From positions 119,226,001-119,290,000 of the forward strand of contig NC_042998.1 of assembly GCF_006345805.1 (NCBI RefSeq): DNA of 64,000 bases, read 5' to 3'. Each line of letters starts with the position of its first letter. Position 1 is the stretch's first letter. Shown piece by piece: positions 10,484 through 24,092 of the stretch. Source of the DNA: Octopus sinensis (taxonomy: Eukaryota). The position numbers and the translations under genes are program-made. Below the pieces are notes generated by a model. The model saw only the letters and a list, made by a program, of their open reading frames with translations. It did no database searches and was not told the origin of the DNA.

Positions 10484-13225
10484 AGAGGAAAAAAAAAAAG
10501 ATAAAAATTGATTAATAGGGATCGTTATCACAGAAATGTCAATATGAAGTGTAAAGGGGGGGACAGGTGAGGTTACCCGTGGAAAGAAAAGCCTACGGAA
10601 AAGACCACGGTAACCTCGGTCAATGAAGTCACATTTTAGATTTTCTTTTTTTTTTTTTTTTTTTGCAAATAAGCAACTCTCTGTTTTCGATTTCTGGGTT
10701 CATAGGACTATGCTCAAGGTGGCTTCGTCATTCATACGTGCCATTCTTGCTACATTCACCCATCTTTTTTTAAAACATTCGCTAGACAAAACTTGCCTCT
10801 CTACTTCACTTTCCTTTTCAAGTGGTACTTGAAGAAGTTGATGAGAGATTGACCAGAGAGGAAAGTGTTTGTCTCCAATCCTTTCAGACGCGCGTCCACC
10901 AGATACATTCCTTCGCCATAGCCACAAGGATGATGAAAATAGCTCTTCCTTCCCGTTTGAAGGAAGGGGGCGTGACAATATTGACGATAGACTCAGCTGA
11001 TAAACCGACTCGTCCCACACGTGACAGCAGTGTTCGACATAAGCCCACAGGTCGGAAATTGTTGGACACTGAACGAGTGCGTGCAGAACGGTTTCGTCGC
11101 TCTGACCGCATCTCGGGCAGGTCGGCCCACGGTTTCTCGAGCCGGTCTGTAGAGTTATCCCGAACGGGTAGCGCTTCTCGGTAGCACTGCCAGGCCAGGG
11201 ATCTCTGGAAGTTGTCCATGGGCCCGGCCCGAAAGTCGTCCCGAACAGGCGGGTCAGGTACTCCTCGTCGACGTCCAGGTTCGCCCCGAGCTCGTCGTCG
11301 TACCTCCCCTCCACTAAACCCCTATAGAATGCTTTGGTTGTGTGAAGTCACTTAAGGTCGACCCAGGACGGCAGAGTTGCTGAGAGCAACGCGACACTCG
11401 CGGTGCCATTCGCCCTTCTCGGCCTCTTTTTGATCCACGACTGCAGTTCGGTCATGGAGACGAGCTGCGGGAAAGCGTGCCTCACAACGGCGACCACACC
11501 TGTTCACCGTCGTCTATATAGAGCCAGAGATGTCGCAGTCTCAGCGCGTGTCTGCGCATCATCAACCACGGCATGCCCAGCCCTCCTTTTAACGGGTGTG
11601 TGTGACAGCAAATGGATCGCCTGACCATCGGGACGCATCCTTTCCACAAGAAGCGAAAGAGGATGCGTTGTAGTGGTAATGGTAGGGTCGGGACAAGGTA
11701 CGACGGTCAGGCGGTAGTAGAGATGACGGACGCGATGTACGTGTTTCGCCCTCCGCTCGACCTTTTAGGGACAGTTTCCTCTCGGCCCATTGCCGGGCGA
11801 GAGTGACCACCTACTCGTTATCTCGTTCCAGTTCTTCTCCACTTGGAGGTCCGGACCAAACCAGACCCCGAGCAACTCAACCGGGCCGTCGGTCCAGCGT
11901 CCCACGACGGAGGCGCTGGTGGACGGCATGGGCTTGCTTCTCCAGGTGCCTAGTCGCAAGCCCACTGACTTTTCCGGGTTGATTTTCGCTCCTGTCACCG
12001 CTTCGTAGTTTTTCAGTGTCTCGCCGACCAGCTCGATGTGCTCGTGGCTAGACACTATGACGGTGACGTCGTCCGCGTATGCAGACACGCTCGTCCCGCA
12101 TCCCAATTCTCGCGGGATGCCCCTTAGAGTCGCCAGCTTCCGCAGTAGTGGCTCAAGAGTCAATACGTATAGAAGCGCCGAGAGGGGGCATCCCTGACGG
12201 ACCGAACGTGCATGTCGAAAGGTCTCGATAGATGTCCATTTACGCGAATTACCGAACGGGTGCCTCTGTACAAGGCAGCTATCCAGCCGCGGAAGACGGG
12301 CCGAAACCAGCCGCTCTCAGGACTGCCTCCAAGTATCGATGGTCTACCCTATCAAAGGCTTTCGATTGATCCAAGTTGATCAGGCCCCACCCATGCCAGG
12401 TTCGTTAACTACCCTGTCTATGATGTAGCGCATCAGATGGAGGTTGTTCATGGATGGTCCGGCCTGGCACGGCGCATGTTTGCGCCTTGTCGACCAGTTT
12501 CTCGATGACAAGCGCCAACCTCTTGGCTAGCACCTGGCCAAATTTTCAAGTCTGCATTAAGCAGAGTGATGGGCCTAAAGTTATCATTACATTTCCTTGT
12601 TAGATCTTTCTTCAGCAGTGTTACGGCTCCTCGGCTCACAAAACCAGGAATGCTCCCGTTTTGCTGCCGTTGCAGTACACCGCCGCCAAGAGATCTCCAA
12701 ACAAGTCTGGCATACAATTGGTAAAGCTCGTAGGGTAGACCATCCAAACCGGTGATTTGTCCCTCGAGCATTCTGCCATCGCTTCCCGCACTTCCGCCGC
12801 CGTGATGGCACCTTCGCAGCACCCTGCCTTTCTTGTCGAGAGTCGTGGTAGGCTATGTAGGTAGGCACTGAAGTCCACCCTACGTTCTTGCCCCCACTCG
12901 TTCCGAACAGTCGGGCAAAATGCTGCTGAAAGGCCTCACATTTTACTTGGCTCGAGCAATTCGCGCCCCTGTTCATCTACCAGTGACCGAATGGTGGCTT
13001 GTTGCCTGTTGCGCCTCTGCACCCGGGCCTCTCTCGCGGCTCCAACACCTTCGTTCCTTAGAGCACGCATCCTAGCTCTGACAGCACATCCTTCGTGTTT
13101 GGCGTTGAAGAGTGTTGGTCGAGGGCCAACCTCGCCGCCAAAACGTCGGATGCGATGCCGCTTCTAATTGCTTCTTAACTAGCTCACCCTCTACTCTATT
13201 TCTGTCTATGGCTAGTGCTTTGCTA
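10288..13225 (-). mobile_element. 5'-truncated Tx1/L1-clade LINE (ORF2 RT plus C-terminal CCHC), frameshifted, lying inside (GATA)n
   Basis: GLDGLPYELY, NFRPITLLNADLKI, SAYADDVTV, AKINPEKS, CPRCGQSDETVLHALVQC. The 3' tail gccctgtgtggctaataaagaaac is followed by (TCTA)n, and GATA tracts lie on both sides. Confidence 0.95.
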
Positions 13226-13231
13226 GGTAGG

Positions 13232-13318
<87 letters not shown>
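13225..13318. repeat. (GGTA)n/(GATA)n microsatellite, 5' flank of the Tx1 copy
   Basis: Direct reading. Confidence 0.95.
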
Positions 13319-13319
<1 letters not shown>

Positions 13320-14794
13320 AGTAGCCAACCTTTCGAGTTTATTTTTGGACTGCTGGCATGGTTAAAGACTAAAAAGGGAGAAGCAGCTGTGAAGTTGCTG
13401 AGCGGCTATTAATTGGTCAGTTATAAGCAGTTGGTTTTGACACTGATGTCTACATAGGGTAGTTTTTAGTCAATTAGGATGCTTTTAAGATACGTGTGGC
13501 TACTTTTGCGCGTAAGATTTCTTCTAGCCAAAGTTTGTAATTAGCTGGCGTGTTATGGTTGAACAATACCAAACTGAATAGAAGCGGTTATATGTGCGTG
13601 CATCCCACGGTATGTACAAAACGAGAGATAAAACGATTACCGAAGAACAGCAATAGCAGAATGCATTACATTCACCAGCCCATTTCCAGTGAAATTCTTT
13701 CAGAATTGATTGAATTGAAAAACAGTTTAGGACAAAAATTAAAAGAACTACTGCACACACATTTATTGATTTTAAAAAATTATCTAAATGTAATTATATA
13801 TATAGAAACTGTGCAGAAAAAAAAACAAATAGTTTATAGAAGAGTCTGTGACTGCGATGACTATGATGTAGAGAGTTATGTATGATGCGTATACAAAGTG
13901 AAAATATGAGAGTTTCAATATAGATGCATGGTAAGGATAGCCGTAGAAGAATGAAGCGAGTCTAAACCTCGTGTTTTGCCTTTCCACATTTTATACCGGT
14001 TTTCGAAAGGAAACCAATTGTGAAGTGGAAAAATCCGTCTTCCGTAACCAGAAAGACGTAAAGTGAATGTGTAGCTTTGTGTTTTGTATTTGTCTACATA
14101 AGTATGTGTGTATGTGTGTATGCGTGCGTGGAAAAGAAATTAACATAGGAAACAAGAATTTTAAAATGACGTTTGAAAATAACTACGAATGTAAAGCAAA
14201 ATATGAGAAAAATGACTATGACAATATTCATGCCGTTTGACTGGAAACTGGTAAATAAGGTTTCATGCAAATTATTTATCGGGTTACCTGTTTAACTATT
14301 TGTTTAAATGTCGATGCAGATGATTAAAGAAGGTCGCCTTGTGGATTAGTAACTTCTTTTCAGTAATAGATTAAAGGGATCGCAACAGAACATAGGCACA
14401 CAGATAGAAAAGTCAAAGTACTGGAAACAGAGATCTGACTTATACACAAAGATTAATTACTACACAAATATATATATATACACAAATATATGTCTGTGTG
14501 ATTGCGCGCACGCGTGTATAAACATACATACAATTCGTGTATACATATGAGTATACAAACACTCAAACACCTGTATGTTATATATATACAAATACATACA
14601 TACGTACATACATACATACATACATACATACATCGTCATAATTATCCTCCTCACACAATTATGCAAATTAGAAATGAGGTAGTTTTTATATATGTATGTG
14701 TATGTACGTGCATATGCATGTGTGCATGTGTATGTATACATATATATAAATACACATGCACACATGCATATGCACGTACATACACATACATATA

Positions 14795-16572
14795 GTTGAA
14801 ATTTATAGAAAAACAAAAGACGAAGCCAGGTGTATGAACAACAAGCAATTGTATTAGTTTATTAGTTTGACGCTCGGGAAAAATTAAAGTCTTTTACGTT
14901 TCGATCCTATAAACTTCAACAGAAAGGAATAAGAGAAAATAAACAGAGAGAAAATGATAAAAACGTGTAGAGTTCAGCGGTCAAACATGGCGATTGATTG
15001 GAAGAAAAGAGGTTGAAAGAAAGGGAGAGAATAATAAGAAAGAGGTTAAATGAAAGGGAGATAATAATAGTGCTAGTGATCCCAACAAGTAGGGAGCGCG
15101 TGTGTGTATGTGAGAATGGTATGTGTGAGTGTTTAAGTGTGTATGTGTGAATAGGGGCGGGTGACTCTGACATGTGTGAGTGCGTGCGAGTAACGTATGT
15201 GTGTATGTGTGTTGTGTCGTGTGTAGCAGTTGGTGTATACTTTTTCATGTGGTGTATGCACATGTATATGTGTGTGTGTTTGTGACCAAACACTGTGCAT
15301 TTGTGCTTGTGAGAGTATACATGATGGTGTGTGGTGTGTGTACTGGGTTAAACAGTGTCTGTGGCTACTCATATAGTGGTATGTGTGATGACGCTATTGA
15401 AGATTGTGAGTGGGTGTGTGGATGATGTTTTGGGATGAGTGTTCAATGCTAGTGTGAGTATGGGGTTGGTGTCAAATGAAGGGAGGAGTTGAGGTTGATA
15501 TCAGATGAAGAGAGGAAGTGGGTTGAACCCATGTGACGCAAAGGAGTGAAGAGGGAAGATTAAATCCTATTCCATGCAAAGGCGGGAGTCCTGCTGGCCC
15601 CTGTGTAAAGACAATCTAGACACAGACAGATGTTGTAGCGAATGACTGGTAGAGTGGAAATGGCGCGAGACCAGGGTGTCATTGCAGAGTTTGATGTCTT
15701 GGAGGTGCCCCGCGAACCGTTCGGCCAAGCGACGTCACGTTTGCCCAATGTACACGGAAGGACAGAGGGAGAAGGAGATGCAGTAAATTAGATTACTAGA
15801 AGTGCATTTAGGAGAGTCGGTGATGTGATATGGTCGATGATAGGTGACTGTGAGATGGTGGTGTTGGAGAGGTAGGGGCAGGTGTGACAGCATGGGCGGG
15901 AGCAGAGGAGCGAGCCAGGCTGAGAGTTGGGGTTATGGAAGAAACTGTGGACCTGTACGTCACGCAGGCTATGGGTTCCTTTGAAGAAGGGAAAGGGTAG
16001 CTTGGGGAAGATGTGCGAGGTAGAGGAGTCGGACTGGAGTCGCCGGAAGGCTAGGAGAATGGTGCGTTGGAGGGGCATGGTGGAAAGGTGGTAGGTGAGG
16101 GAAAACGGGAGACAGGCAACGGTGGGGCGGGTGCGAAGAGAAAGAGCGGAGTCACGACCAACAGCTCGTGTCCTGGCAAGGGCAGTGTTGATAGTGGTGA
16201 GGAGATATGCACGTAGGATGAATTGGCGAGCCATGTGCTGAAATTGAGTCTCAAAGTCATGGTTATCACTGCAGAGCCTGCGCAGACGGAGGAATTGGGA
16301 GTAGGGGATGGAGAGCTAGGTGTGGGTAGGGTAGGAGGAGGAGGAGGAGGAGGAGGAGGAAGAGATATAACGACCGTATAGTTCGGAAACGAGACAAGTG
16401 AATTGTAAGAATATTTGGCCTCAACGTGGCCAACGAACAGTTCGCATAGTTCTCGTTCTCATGACCACTCCCAGCGAACGAGAAGCAATTGAGGGAGAGA
16501 ACAAGTTCGGCCAGACGAAGAAGTTTGGAGATGTCAGGGTGAGGGTCAAGCCGAAGGTCCAGAAAGTGCTTG
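14795..16572 (-). mobile_element. Penelope-like element, Neptune-type (partial RT, Cys linker, C-terminal GIY-YIG, CA-rich 3' region, terminal HHR), decayed and 5'-truncated
   Basis: KHFLDLR..LLRLAELVLSLNCFSF (RT); LTYH..FRRLQSDSSTSHIFP..CSRPCCHTCPYL (linker); CTSSNLIYCISFSLCPSVYIGQT*RRLAERFA (GIY-YIG, about 15715-15810); HHR-like motif at 14891-14926. Confidence 0.92.
14891..14926 (-). ncRNA. Degenerate minimal type-I hammerhead motif (CUGUUGA variant)
   Basis: cttt-CTGTTGA-agtttataggatc-GAAAC-GTA-aaag. Stem I cttt/aaag pairs; stem II is disrupted. Confidence 0.6.
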
Positions 16573-16599
16573 ATACATATACACATACATATACACATA

Positions 16600-16991
16600 T
16601 AGGCGCAGGAGTGGCTGTATGGTAAGTAGCTTGCTTACCAACCACATGGTTCCGGGTTCAGTCCCACTGCGTGGCACCTTGGGCAAGTGTCTTCTACTAT
16701 AGAAGCCTTGCAAGTGGATTTGGTAGACGGAAACTGAAAGAAACCCGTCGTATATATGTATATATATGTATATATGTGTGTGTATATGTTTGTGTGTCTG
16801 CGTTTGTCCACCCAACATTGCTTGACAACCGATGCTGCTGTATTTCCGTCTCCGTAACTTAGCGGTTCGGCAAAAGGGACCGATAGAATAAGTACTAGGC
16901 TTACAAAGAGTAAGTCCTGGGGTCGATTTGCTCGACTAAAGGCGGTGCTCCAGCATGGCCACAGTCAAATGACTGAAACAAGTAAAAGAGT
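16600..16991 (+). mobile_element. Full-length SINE-A
   Basis: Head ggcgcaggagtggctgtatggtaagtagcttgc..ccgggttcagtccc; CORE-like ggcaccttgggcaagtgtctt; tail cagcatggccacagtcaaatgactgaaacaagtaaaagag. Confidence 0.95.
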
Positions 16992-17297
16992 ATACATACA
17001 TAAATATATTATTGAAATGTATGCTTGTGCCTATTTTTGTTGTATATGTATAGTTGGCTACATTTTGTTCACTGTATATTCTGTCTTATACCAACGCTGT
17101 GTTTTATGAGCAAATCTTAAATTTCTCTTGTTATCACTTGAGGCTCCAATAGAAATTTTTAATTGAATATTCTAGAAAGAATTATGCTTATATATAAACA
17201 TATATGCGACTATATATACATACATGTATCTATACATATATACGCATGCACACGTTCACATATATACACATGTATATGCTTACACATGTGTATGTAT

Positions 17298-17336
<39 letters not shown>

Positions 17337-17365
17337 CTATATATATATATATAATATATATACAT

Positions 17366-17505
17366 AAAGTTAATCCAAACATGAAAACACAAAGAGAAAA
17401 CACAACAACGCGAGGACGTAGAACAAGAATAGCGTTATTGGACACTCAGGAAAGGAAAGAATGAAGGAGGATCTAACGTTTCGAGCAGAGCTCTTCGTCA
17501 GAAAC
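17366..17505 (-). mobile_element. Solo Neptune-type terminal fragment between (TA)n tracts, containing an HHR core
   Basis: Similar in layout to 14795-14930 and 28422-28600; flanked by (TA)n on both sides. Confidence 0.75.
17471..17505 (-). ncRNA. Minimal type-I hammerhead ribozyme motif
   Basis: gttt-CTGACGA-a-GAGC-tct-GCTC-GAAA-cgt-TA-gat: intact core, 4-bp stem II, palindromic AACGTT at stem III, weak stem I. Confidence 0.75.
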
Positions 17506-17552
17506 ATATATATATATATATATTATATATATAATATATAATATATATATAT

Positions 17553-18027
17553 ACATAAATACATAAACACACATTGTTTCTTGTTCTGGCCGTTGTCCGT
17601 GCAACATCAATATTCCTCCCTGTGTTTGTGAAATCTTGTATTCCTGCCGTAAGGCTTCATTTCGACACACGCTAGCTTAATTTAATTCGTCCTTAATCGA
17701 AAGACACCTGTTTGTTATGTCTTGTTATTATTTTTATTGTATTTGTGTAACATTATCCGTTTTTTTCCGTCCTTGTTTTTGTATACATTCGCTGCTTTCT
17801 TCCAAAACTAATGCTCTTAGCTTAGTTTTTCCTTGGGCCTGGCCAGATTGGAGCAATCTCAAGTATAATCAGCCGAAATTGCGATGATAATCTGGTACTT
17901 GCCTGTGGAAAGAAAACTTCGAATGACCCGTCCTTGTTTTCTTTGTATCGTCTATCTGGATGTTTTGTTGTCCCATTTTTGTATCACCTAACTGTCTGAA
18001 TGTTTTGCGTTCTTGTCCCATTTTGTA
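17553..18027 (+). repeat. Non-coding pyrimidine-rich segment bounded by microsatellites; possible retroelement 3' UTR
   Basis: No ORF; ends in (TA)n like the PLE fragments; small internal duplication (ctggatgttttg..gtcccatttt twice). Confidence 0.4.
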
Positions 18028-18049
18028 TTATATATATATACATATATAT

Positions 18050-18418
18050 TCTTTTATTCTTTTACACGTTTGAGTCATTTGACTGCGGCCATACTGGAAC
18101 ACCGCCTGGTGGGGATTTGGTCGAACAAAACAACCCCAGGACTTTTTTTTTAGCCGAGTACTTATTCTATCGACTTCCCTTTGCCGAACCGGTTGGTGAC
18201 GGAGACGTAAACACAAGTTGTCAAGCGGTAATCGGGGACAAACACAGACACAGAAACACACGCACATAGATATATACATATATACCCGACAGTTTCCGTC
18301 TACAAAATCCACTCACAAGGCTTTGGTTGGTCCAAGGTGATAATAGAAGACACTTGCTCAAGGCGCCACGCAGTGGGACTGAACCTGGAACCATGAGGTT
18401 GGGAAGTAAGTTCCTTAC
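18050..18418 (-). mobile_element. SINE-A
   Basis: Reverse complement of the 16600 copy (gtcatttgactgcggccat...aaggcgccacgcagtgggactgaacc). Confidence 0.9.
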
Positions 18419-18425
18419 GCGCGCG

Positions 18426-18531
<106 letters not shown>

Positions 18532-19185
18532 ATATATATAAACATTCATGCCCATGCATATAGATAGATAGACAGACGGACGGACAGGCAGACAGGCAGG
18601 AGGAGAAAGACCGCCCTCTGGGCGGTTTTCAAATACTCTCCGAATAATATTTACATATTTGATTCCCAATTTGTGTAAGTTTTCCATGTTATATCTAATT
18701 TTCTTTAACGTAGTCACTCTCTCAGAAAATATTTGTTTCTTTACTTTATCGCTGTCCTAATCTCTCTTTCTTAAACAAACTCAAAGGTAGTAAATCTACT
18801 ATGTGGTCGCTGATTATGCTAGAAATGGCGAACATCCCGTGAGTGTATCTTAAGGCCTATAGCATACCAAACAGCCATACCGACAAATTCACCTATGACT
18901 ATTTTTCAAATTATGTCGATGTAGCGATTTCATATTACTCTGCCCTATCCCATACAGCGGACCTCTCGGTATCTTGGAATGGCGTGCAGATTAAAGGTGA
19001 GGCAAGAATAAAATGGGTTTCATCCAGCCCCTATGGTTTCAGATTCTTTGTCAAATCCTTGATATCAAATAAAGCATTGATACCAGATAAAGTATTCTCT
19101 CTTTCTCTCCTTCTCTCTTTCTCTCTCTCTCTACCTCTCTCTCCTCTCTCTCTTTCCTTCTCTCTCTTTCCCTCTCTCACCGTCC

Positions 19186-19235
<50 letters not shown>

Positions 19236-20344
19236 TCTTTCTCTGCATGTTTGTACGTTAGTGCGTGCTTGACAAGTACGCGTGTGTAAATCATAGAGAA
19301 AGAGTTTTGAGTCTATTTTGTTGGTTAACGTTGAAAAAGTTGCATTTCAAATCTATATAGTTTTTACATAATAATTTTATATGAATATATTTTGTTTTGT
19401 ATATAACTATTTTGTTTGCATATAATGCGCATATGTATTAATATATTTTGCTTTGTACAGAGTATAGTTTGATCGCTAGTTTGTTACTTTAATATATATA
19501 TATATATACATTTTAAAAAATGCAGACTCAGAACCACTACTTTCTGTTGTTTCTTTTTTTTAAGTTTCCAAAAAATTTGAGATGTACTAGGAAAAATTAT
19601 ATTGAAAAACTTACTGCTGCTTCGGACTTTTTTTCCGTTGATACATATATTTGTACATTTTAATATTAATAAACTTATAAAAACACACAACTACAGACGT
19701 ACATAGAAGAGAAACAATATTTTTTTTTATTCTTGTTCATCATATGAACTACAATAACACGAACGAGGTTATAGCAAAGGAATTAACTACCGGAAATATA
19801 TAAACAAAGACGAGATGGAAAGCGGGAGAGAGCGGGCGAGAGAAGGCAATAAGACATTCAGATAGTACTCTCCTGCAGTTAAGTTCTTCAAAGATGCTGA
19901 CAATTGATTACAATTTATTGTTTTTCTTGAGAAAACTTAACGACCACATTTTAATAATAAAAAAAAAACATATTAAAATTTCAATCTTTAAGAATTTTCT
20001 AAACTATGGAGACTTTAATAAATGATTTTAGTAAAAGTTACATATTTCCTACAACTTAATAGGCAGTTACCAACTGTGAATACAACGTAGATCGTTCCTG
20101 TGATAATTGGTTCACTAGACACAACACTCGAACTGCTAACAAAGAAACTGAAGGAGATTCATTGAAATTTATATACGTATTAATGACCCGCGGGAAAGCG
20201 TCATCTTGCATTCTCCAAGACTGCTGAGAAAGTGTCATGACGTTTGAAGGAATTTGTTATCCACAAGTCTCAGGATAATTCTCTGCTAATCAAATTAGCG
20301 CGTAATAGCGTTTGAATTATAATAATAATTATAATAATAATAAT

Positions 20345-20558
20345 AATTTCTACTAAAGGCACAAGGCCTGAAATTTGGGGAAGGGGACTAGTCGGTTAGA
20401 TCGACCACAGTGTTTCACTGGTACTTAATTTACCGATTCCATAAGAATGAAAGGCAAAGTCGACTTCGATAGAATTTGAACTGAGAATGTAGCGACGGGG
20501 GGAAATACCGCTAATCATTTCGTCCAGCGTACTAACGATTCGGCCAGCTCGACGCTTT
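20345..20558 (-). mobile_element. SINE-B with a 'caggccttgtgcct' tail, between (TAA)n and (TTA)n
   Basis: Reverse complement matches SINE-B head, body and the tail type seen at 24060 and 63580. Confidence 0.9.
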
Positions 20559-20565
20559 AATAATA

Positions 20566-20618
<53 letters not shown>

Positions 20619-20702
20619 GATGATGATGATGAGCGTTGTGTTTTTATATGTTTGCACACACACACACACACACATTCACACACACACATTCACACACACA
20701 CG

Positions 20703-20730
<28 letters not shown>

Positions 20731-20733
<3 letters not shown>

Positions 20734-21446
20734 AGGATTAACTTTTTTTACAGAAAAAATTCCATCAAAAAATGTGGCAGCATATTAAAATACCTTTAAA
20801 GGCTAAAATTATAAACAAGGGCTAAAGAAAATTATTTCTATGCCAATATGCTGATAACAGACTTTTAAATCGTCAATTTCCACTCGCTACAGAAAACACA
20901 CAGAGCTGAAAACGAGGAAACCCAACCAATAGAATTTAAAAAAAAAAGTTCGTTATTTCTATATTGAATCAATTTCGGAATTAATCTCATAATGGATTTT
21001 TCCTCTTCAGTAGAAAATACGAAAAGACATAAATAAGATACTTACATGCGCCCAAAGAAAAAAGCCGAAGCAAAAATCATGAGTACATATAAGTACCCCA
21101 GATATATCTAAAAATAAAATACTTTGGTCAGCCTCAGCACACGTGTGAACTGTTCTCCACTACAGCTTATAGTGGTTACCAGTCCCTATAGCGAATAGTA
21201 ATAAGTCTACTACTAATATAGGATGAATTTTTTTTACAGAAAAAAATTCCATCAAAAAATGTGGCAGCATATTAAAATACCTTTAAGGTTAAAATTATAA
21301 ATAAGGGCTAAAGAAAATTATTTCTATGCCAATATGCTGATAACAGACTTTTAAATCGTCAATTTCCACATATTATTTACTCGCTACAGAAAACACATAG
21401 AGCTGAAAACGAGGAAAGCCAACCAATAGAATTTTTTAAAAAAGGT
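20731..21446. repeat. About 215-bp direct duplication (about 20731-20948 and 21217-21446)
   Basis: ttttttacagaaaaaattccatcaaaaaatgtggcagcat...aaccaatagaattt occurs twice; the second copy has a short insertion (atattatt). Confidence 0.9.
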
Positions 21447-21457
21447 ATTTTAATATG

Positions 21458-23917
21458 CTGGCTACTGGAAACTCAATACGTCCCTTTTGGCGATTGAGGA
21501 GTACAGAAAGCGGATCAAGATGTTAATATAGAGGGCATTAACGGGTACCATCATTAATAACAAATGGTGGTACGCCCTAAAAAGAGCCATCAAATATGAG
21601 TTTATTGGGTTTAGCATAAATTTAGCTAAGAATAGGAGATGGTCTAGTTAAGGAACAAGAAAAAGCCTGGAGGACTGGTAATGCGGACCAAGCGAGGGTG
21701 AAAAGACTAGAGTTAAACCAGCATCTTGAAGCCCAACACATGGGAAGTATTGCCAGAGCTAAGTTACGTACTATGGGAAGTGAAGGAATCAAGGCCGCTG
21801 GATGGGCCCGAGTGGTGGAAGCTCGGCACGAAAACAGTTCCACTATTCGGTCTTTGACGAATCAAAATGGTGTCTTGGTAAACGAACCCGAGAAAATGTG
21901 TGAGGCCTTTCGAGAGTACTTCGCCCAGCTTTTCGGGGGTGACGGCGGTCCTGGTGGTGGGAGAGCCCTCGAGGACTTTCTTGCCGGGCTACCGTGTCTC
22001 TCGGGGTCGGATGCGGAGTCTTGCGAAGGACCAATCACGCCTGTGGAGATGATGGAGACTTTGGCCGACTGTAAAGCGGGTAAGTCGCCGGGACTTGATG
22101 GTCTTCCGTACGAGCTGTATAAACGTATGCCAGACTTGTTCGGCCATCTACTTGCTGACGTGTACGCGAACTGGTAACAGAATGGGTTTATCCCCAGACC
22201 TGTGTGCCGGGAAGTAGTGACGTTGGTCAGAAAGGACCCGGACAAGGGATACGTTATAGAGAATTTCAGGCCCCTCACTCTGTTAAACGCCGAAGTGAAG
22301 ATTTTGGCCAAGGTCTTAGCAAAAATTTGGCGCGTGTCGCGAATGGTATAGTCGGGGAGGCACAGACATGTGCCATCCCACGCTGAACCATTCAGGATAC
22401 CCTCCATCTTATTCGCTATACCATAGAGAGTGTTGGCAATAAATCTGGCAAAGGTGGAGCATTGGTACATTTAGACCAATCTAAAGCTTTTGATAGGATT
22501 GACCATCGATACCTGGCGACTGTGCTTGCGCGGTTCCGCCTGGGCCTTGGCTTCCTCAGATGGTTTATCGCTTTGTACAACAACATTGACTCGATAGTTC
22601 AGATGAACGGTTTCCTCTCAAAGCCGTTCTGCATCAGACGCTCGGTTCGTCAAGGATGTCCCCTCTCACCACTTTTGTTTGTGATGGCTCTCGAGAATCT
22701 ACTGCGAAGGTTGAGTGGCATCCCGAGAGAACCAGGTCTAGAAGAGTTTGTTATGGCTTACGCGGATGATATCACTATCAGCGTGACCTCAGTAGCATGC
22801 CTACGTGAAGTGGGTAAAACTATTGAGGCTTACGAGGAGGTGGCAGGAGGAAAGATTAACCGGGAAACGTCGGTTGGCTTGCAGTTCGACACTTGGGTTG
22901 GCAAGTCGATGCCTTCAGACAGCGTTGTTGGGCGCTGGACGGAGGGACCGGTTAAGTTGCTAGGAGCTTGGTTTGGACCAGGCCTCCAGATATCGAAGGA
23001 CTGGACGGAGGTATTGAGCAGGGTGGCTGCAGTAGTCAAGACCTGGTCTTGGCGGTGGCTATCCCTGAAAGGGAGGGCCGAGGTGATCAATGTGTTTATC
23101 GCATCGGTCATTACCTACAGCCTGACCGTCGTGCCCTGTCCGTATTCGTGGTTGATCAAGCTGGAGAGACAGCCCTTTCGCTTTTTGTGGAAGGGCAGAT
23201 CGCCACTTGTGAAACGTTCTGTCTGCTGTCAAAAGCCTTTAAAGGGAGTTTTAGGGATGCCTTGGTTAATGAAGCGCAGGCATGCGTTGAGGTTGAGGCA
23301 CCTCTGGATTCTCCTGGATAGTGAACGGGTGTGGTCTCCGCTGGCCAGACAAGTGTTCCCCGAGTTCAAAAGTTGTTGTCCGGCGAAGGAAGAGTACAGC
23401 TGTCGACTGAGTCAATTATAAAAATTGACCCACCGGGAATTTTAACGAACGAAGGTAAGAATTGTTTTCTCACGGTTGTAGCAATAGCGAAAGAGGCAGT
23501 ATGGAAGACTAGAATAAAAGAAATTAAGACAAGCAATTTTATCTCTGGCCACAATTTACGATTTTTTTCTTTTCATTTGAAAAGGAAGGTGTGGCTGGAG
23601 AAGAGATGTCTGTCGGAATACACGTTCCAAAAGAGATGGAAGCATGTTTCACGAATGTTGTACGTACAAGGAACCGTGTGAATAGACGGAAAAAAAGAAC
23701 AAAAAGTGTACCAGCAATAGATCGGGATTTGTGGGTTCGGAGTGTGGCCTGGTCGTCGCTTCATTTGTGTTGTCCCTGTATTGTTAATTTCATTCGATTT
23801 TCTATATATTGTATTTAAATTTTAAAGTCACATTTTATGTAAAATTATACCATATTACTGATCTCATCAGTTGTTATGTCCATTTCTATATTTAGCCCGG
23901 TGGGCAATAAAGAAATT
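21458..23917 (+). mobile_element. 5'-truncated Tx1/L1-clade LINE, second subfamily, with an internal deletion of the CCHC region
   Basis: GYWKLNTSLL (from 21460), KSPGLDGLPYELY, HLDQSKAFDRIDH, SVRQGCPLSPLLF, AYADDIT. Tail agcccggtgggcaataaagaaatt. About 430 bp present in the other copy are missing near 23370. Confidence 0.95.
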
Positions 23918-24092
23918 AGTATTTCGTCTGTCTTCACGTTTTGGGTTCAAATTCCGCCGAGGATGACTTTGCTTTTCATCCTTTCGGGGACGATGAAATA
24001 AGTACCAGTTACGCGTTGGGGTCAATATAATCGACTACCCCCCCCCTCCACTAGAATTTCAGGCCTTTTGCCTATATTAGACAGGATTATAT
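23918..24092 (+). mobile_element. Headless SINE-B directly abutting the Tx1 3' end
   Basis: Starts at agtatttcgtctg and continues gggttcaaattccgccgagg..tttcatcctttcgggg..caggccttttgcct. Confidence 0.9.

Noticed and set aside
13550-13885. 111-aa ORF
   Set aside because: Non-ATG start, AT-rich, no motif recognised.
15735-15737. In-frame TGA in YIGQT*RR as possible selenocysteine (Naiad-type PLE)
   Set aside because: The position is normally Gly (GGA to TGA), the copy has other lesions, the endonuclease is C-terminal, and I found no convincing SECIS.
18843-19289. 148-aa ORF
   Set aside because: GTG start, C-terminal half is a CT microsatellite, no recognisable domain.
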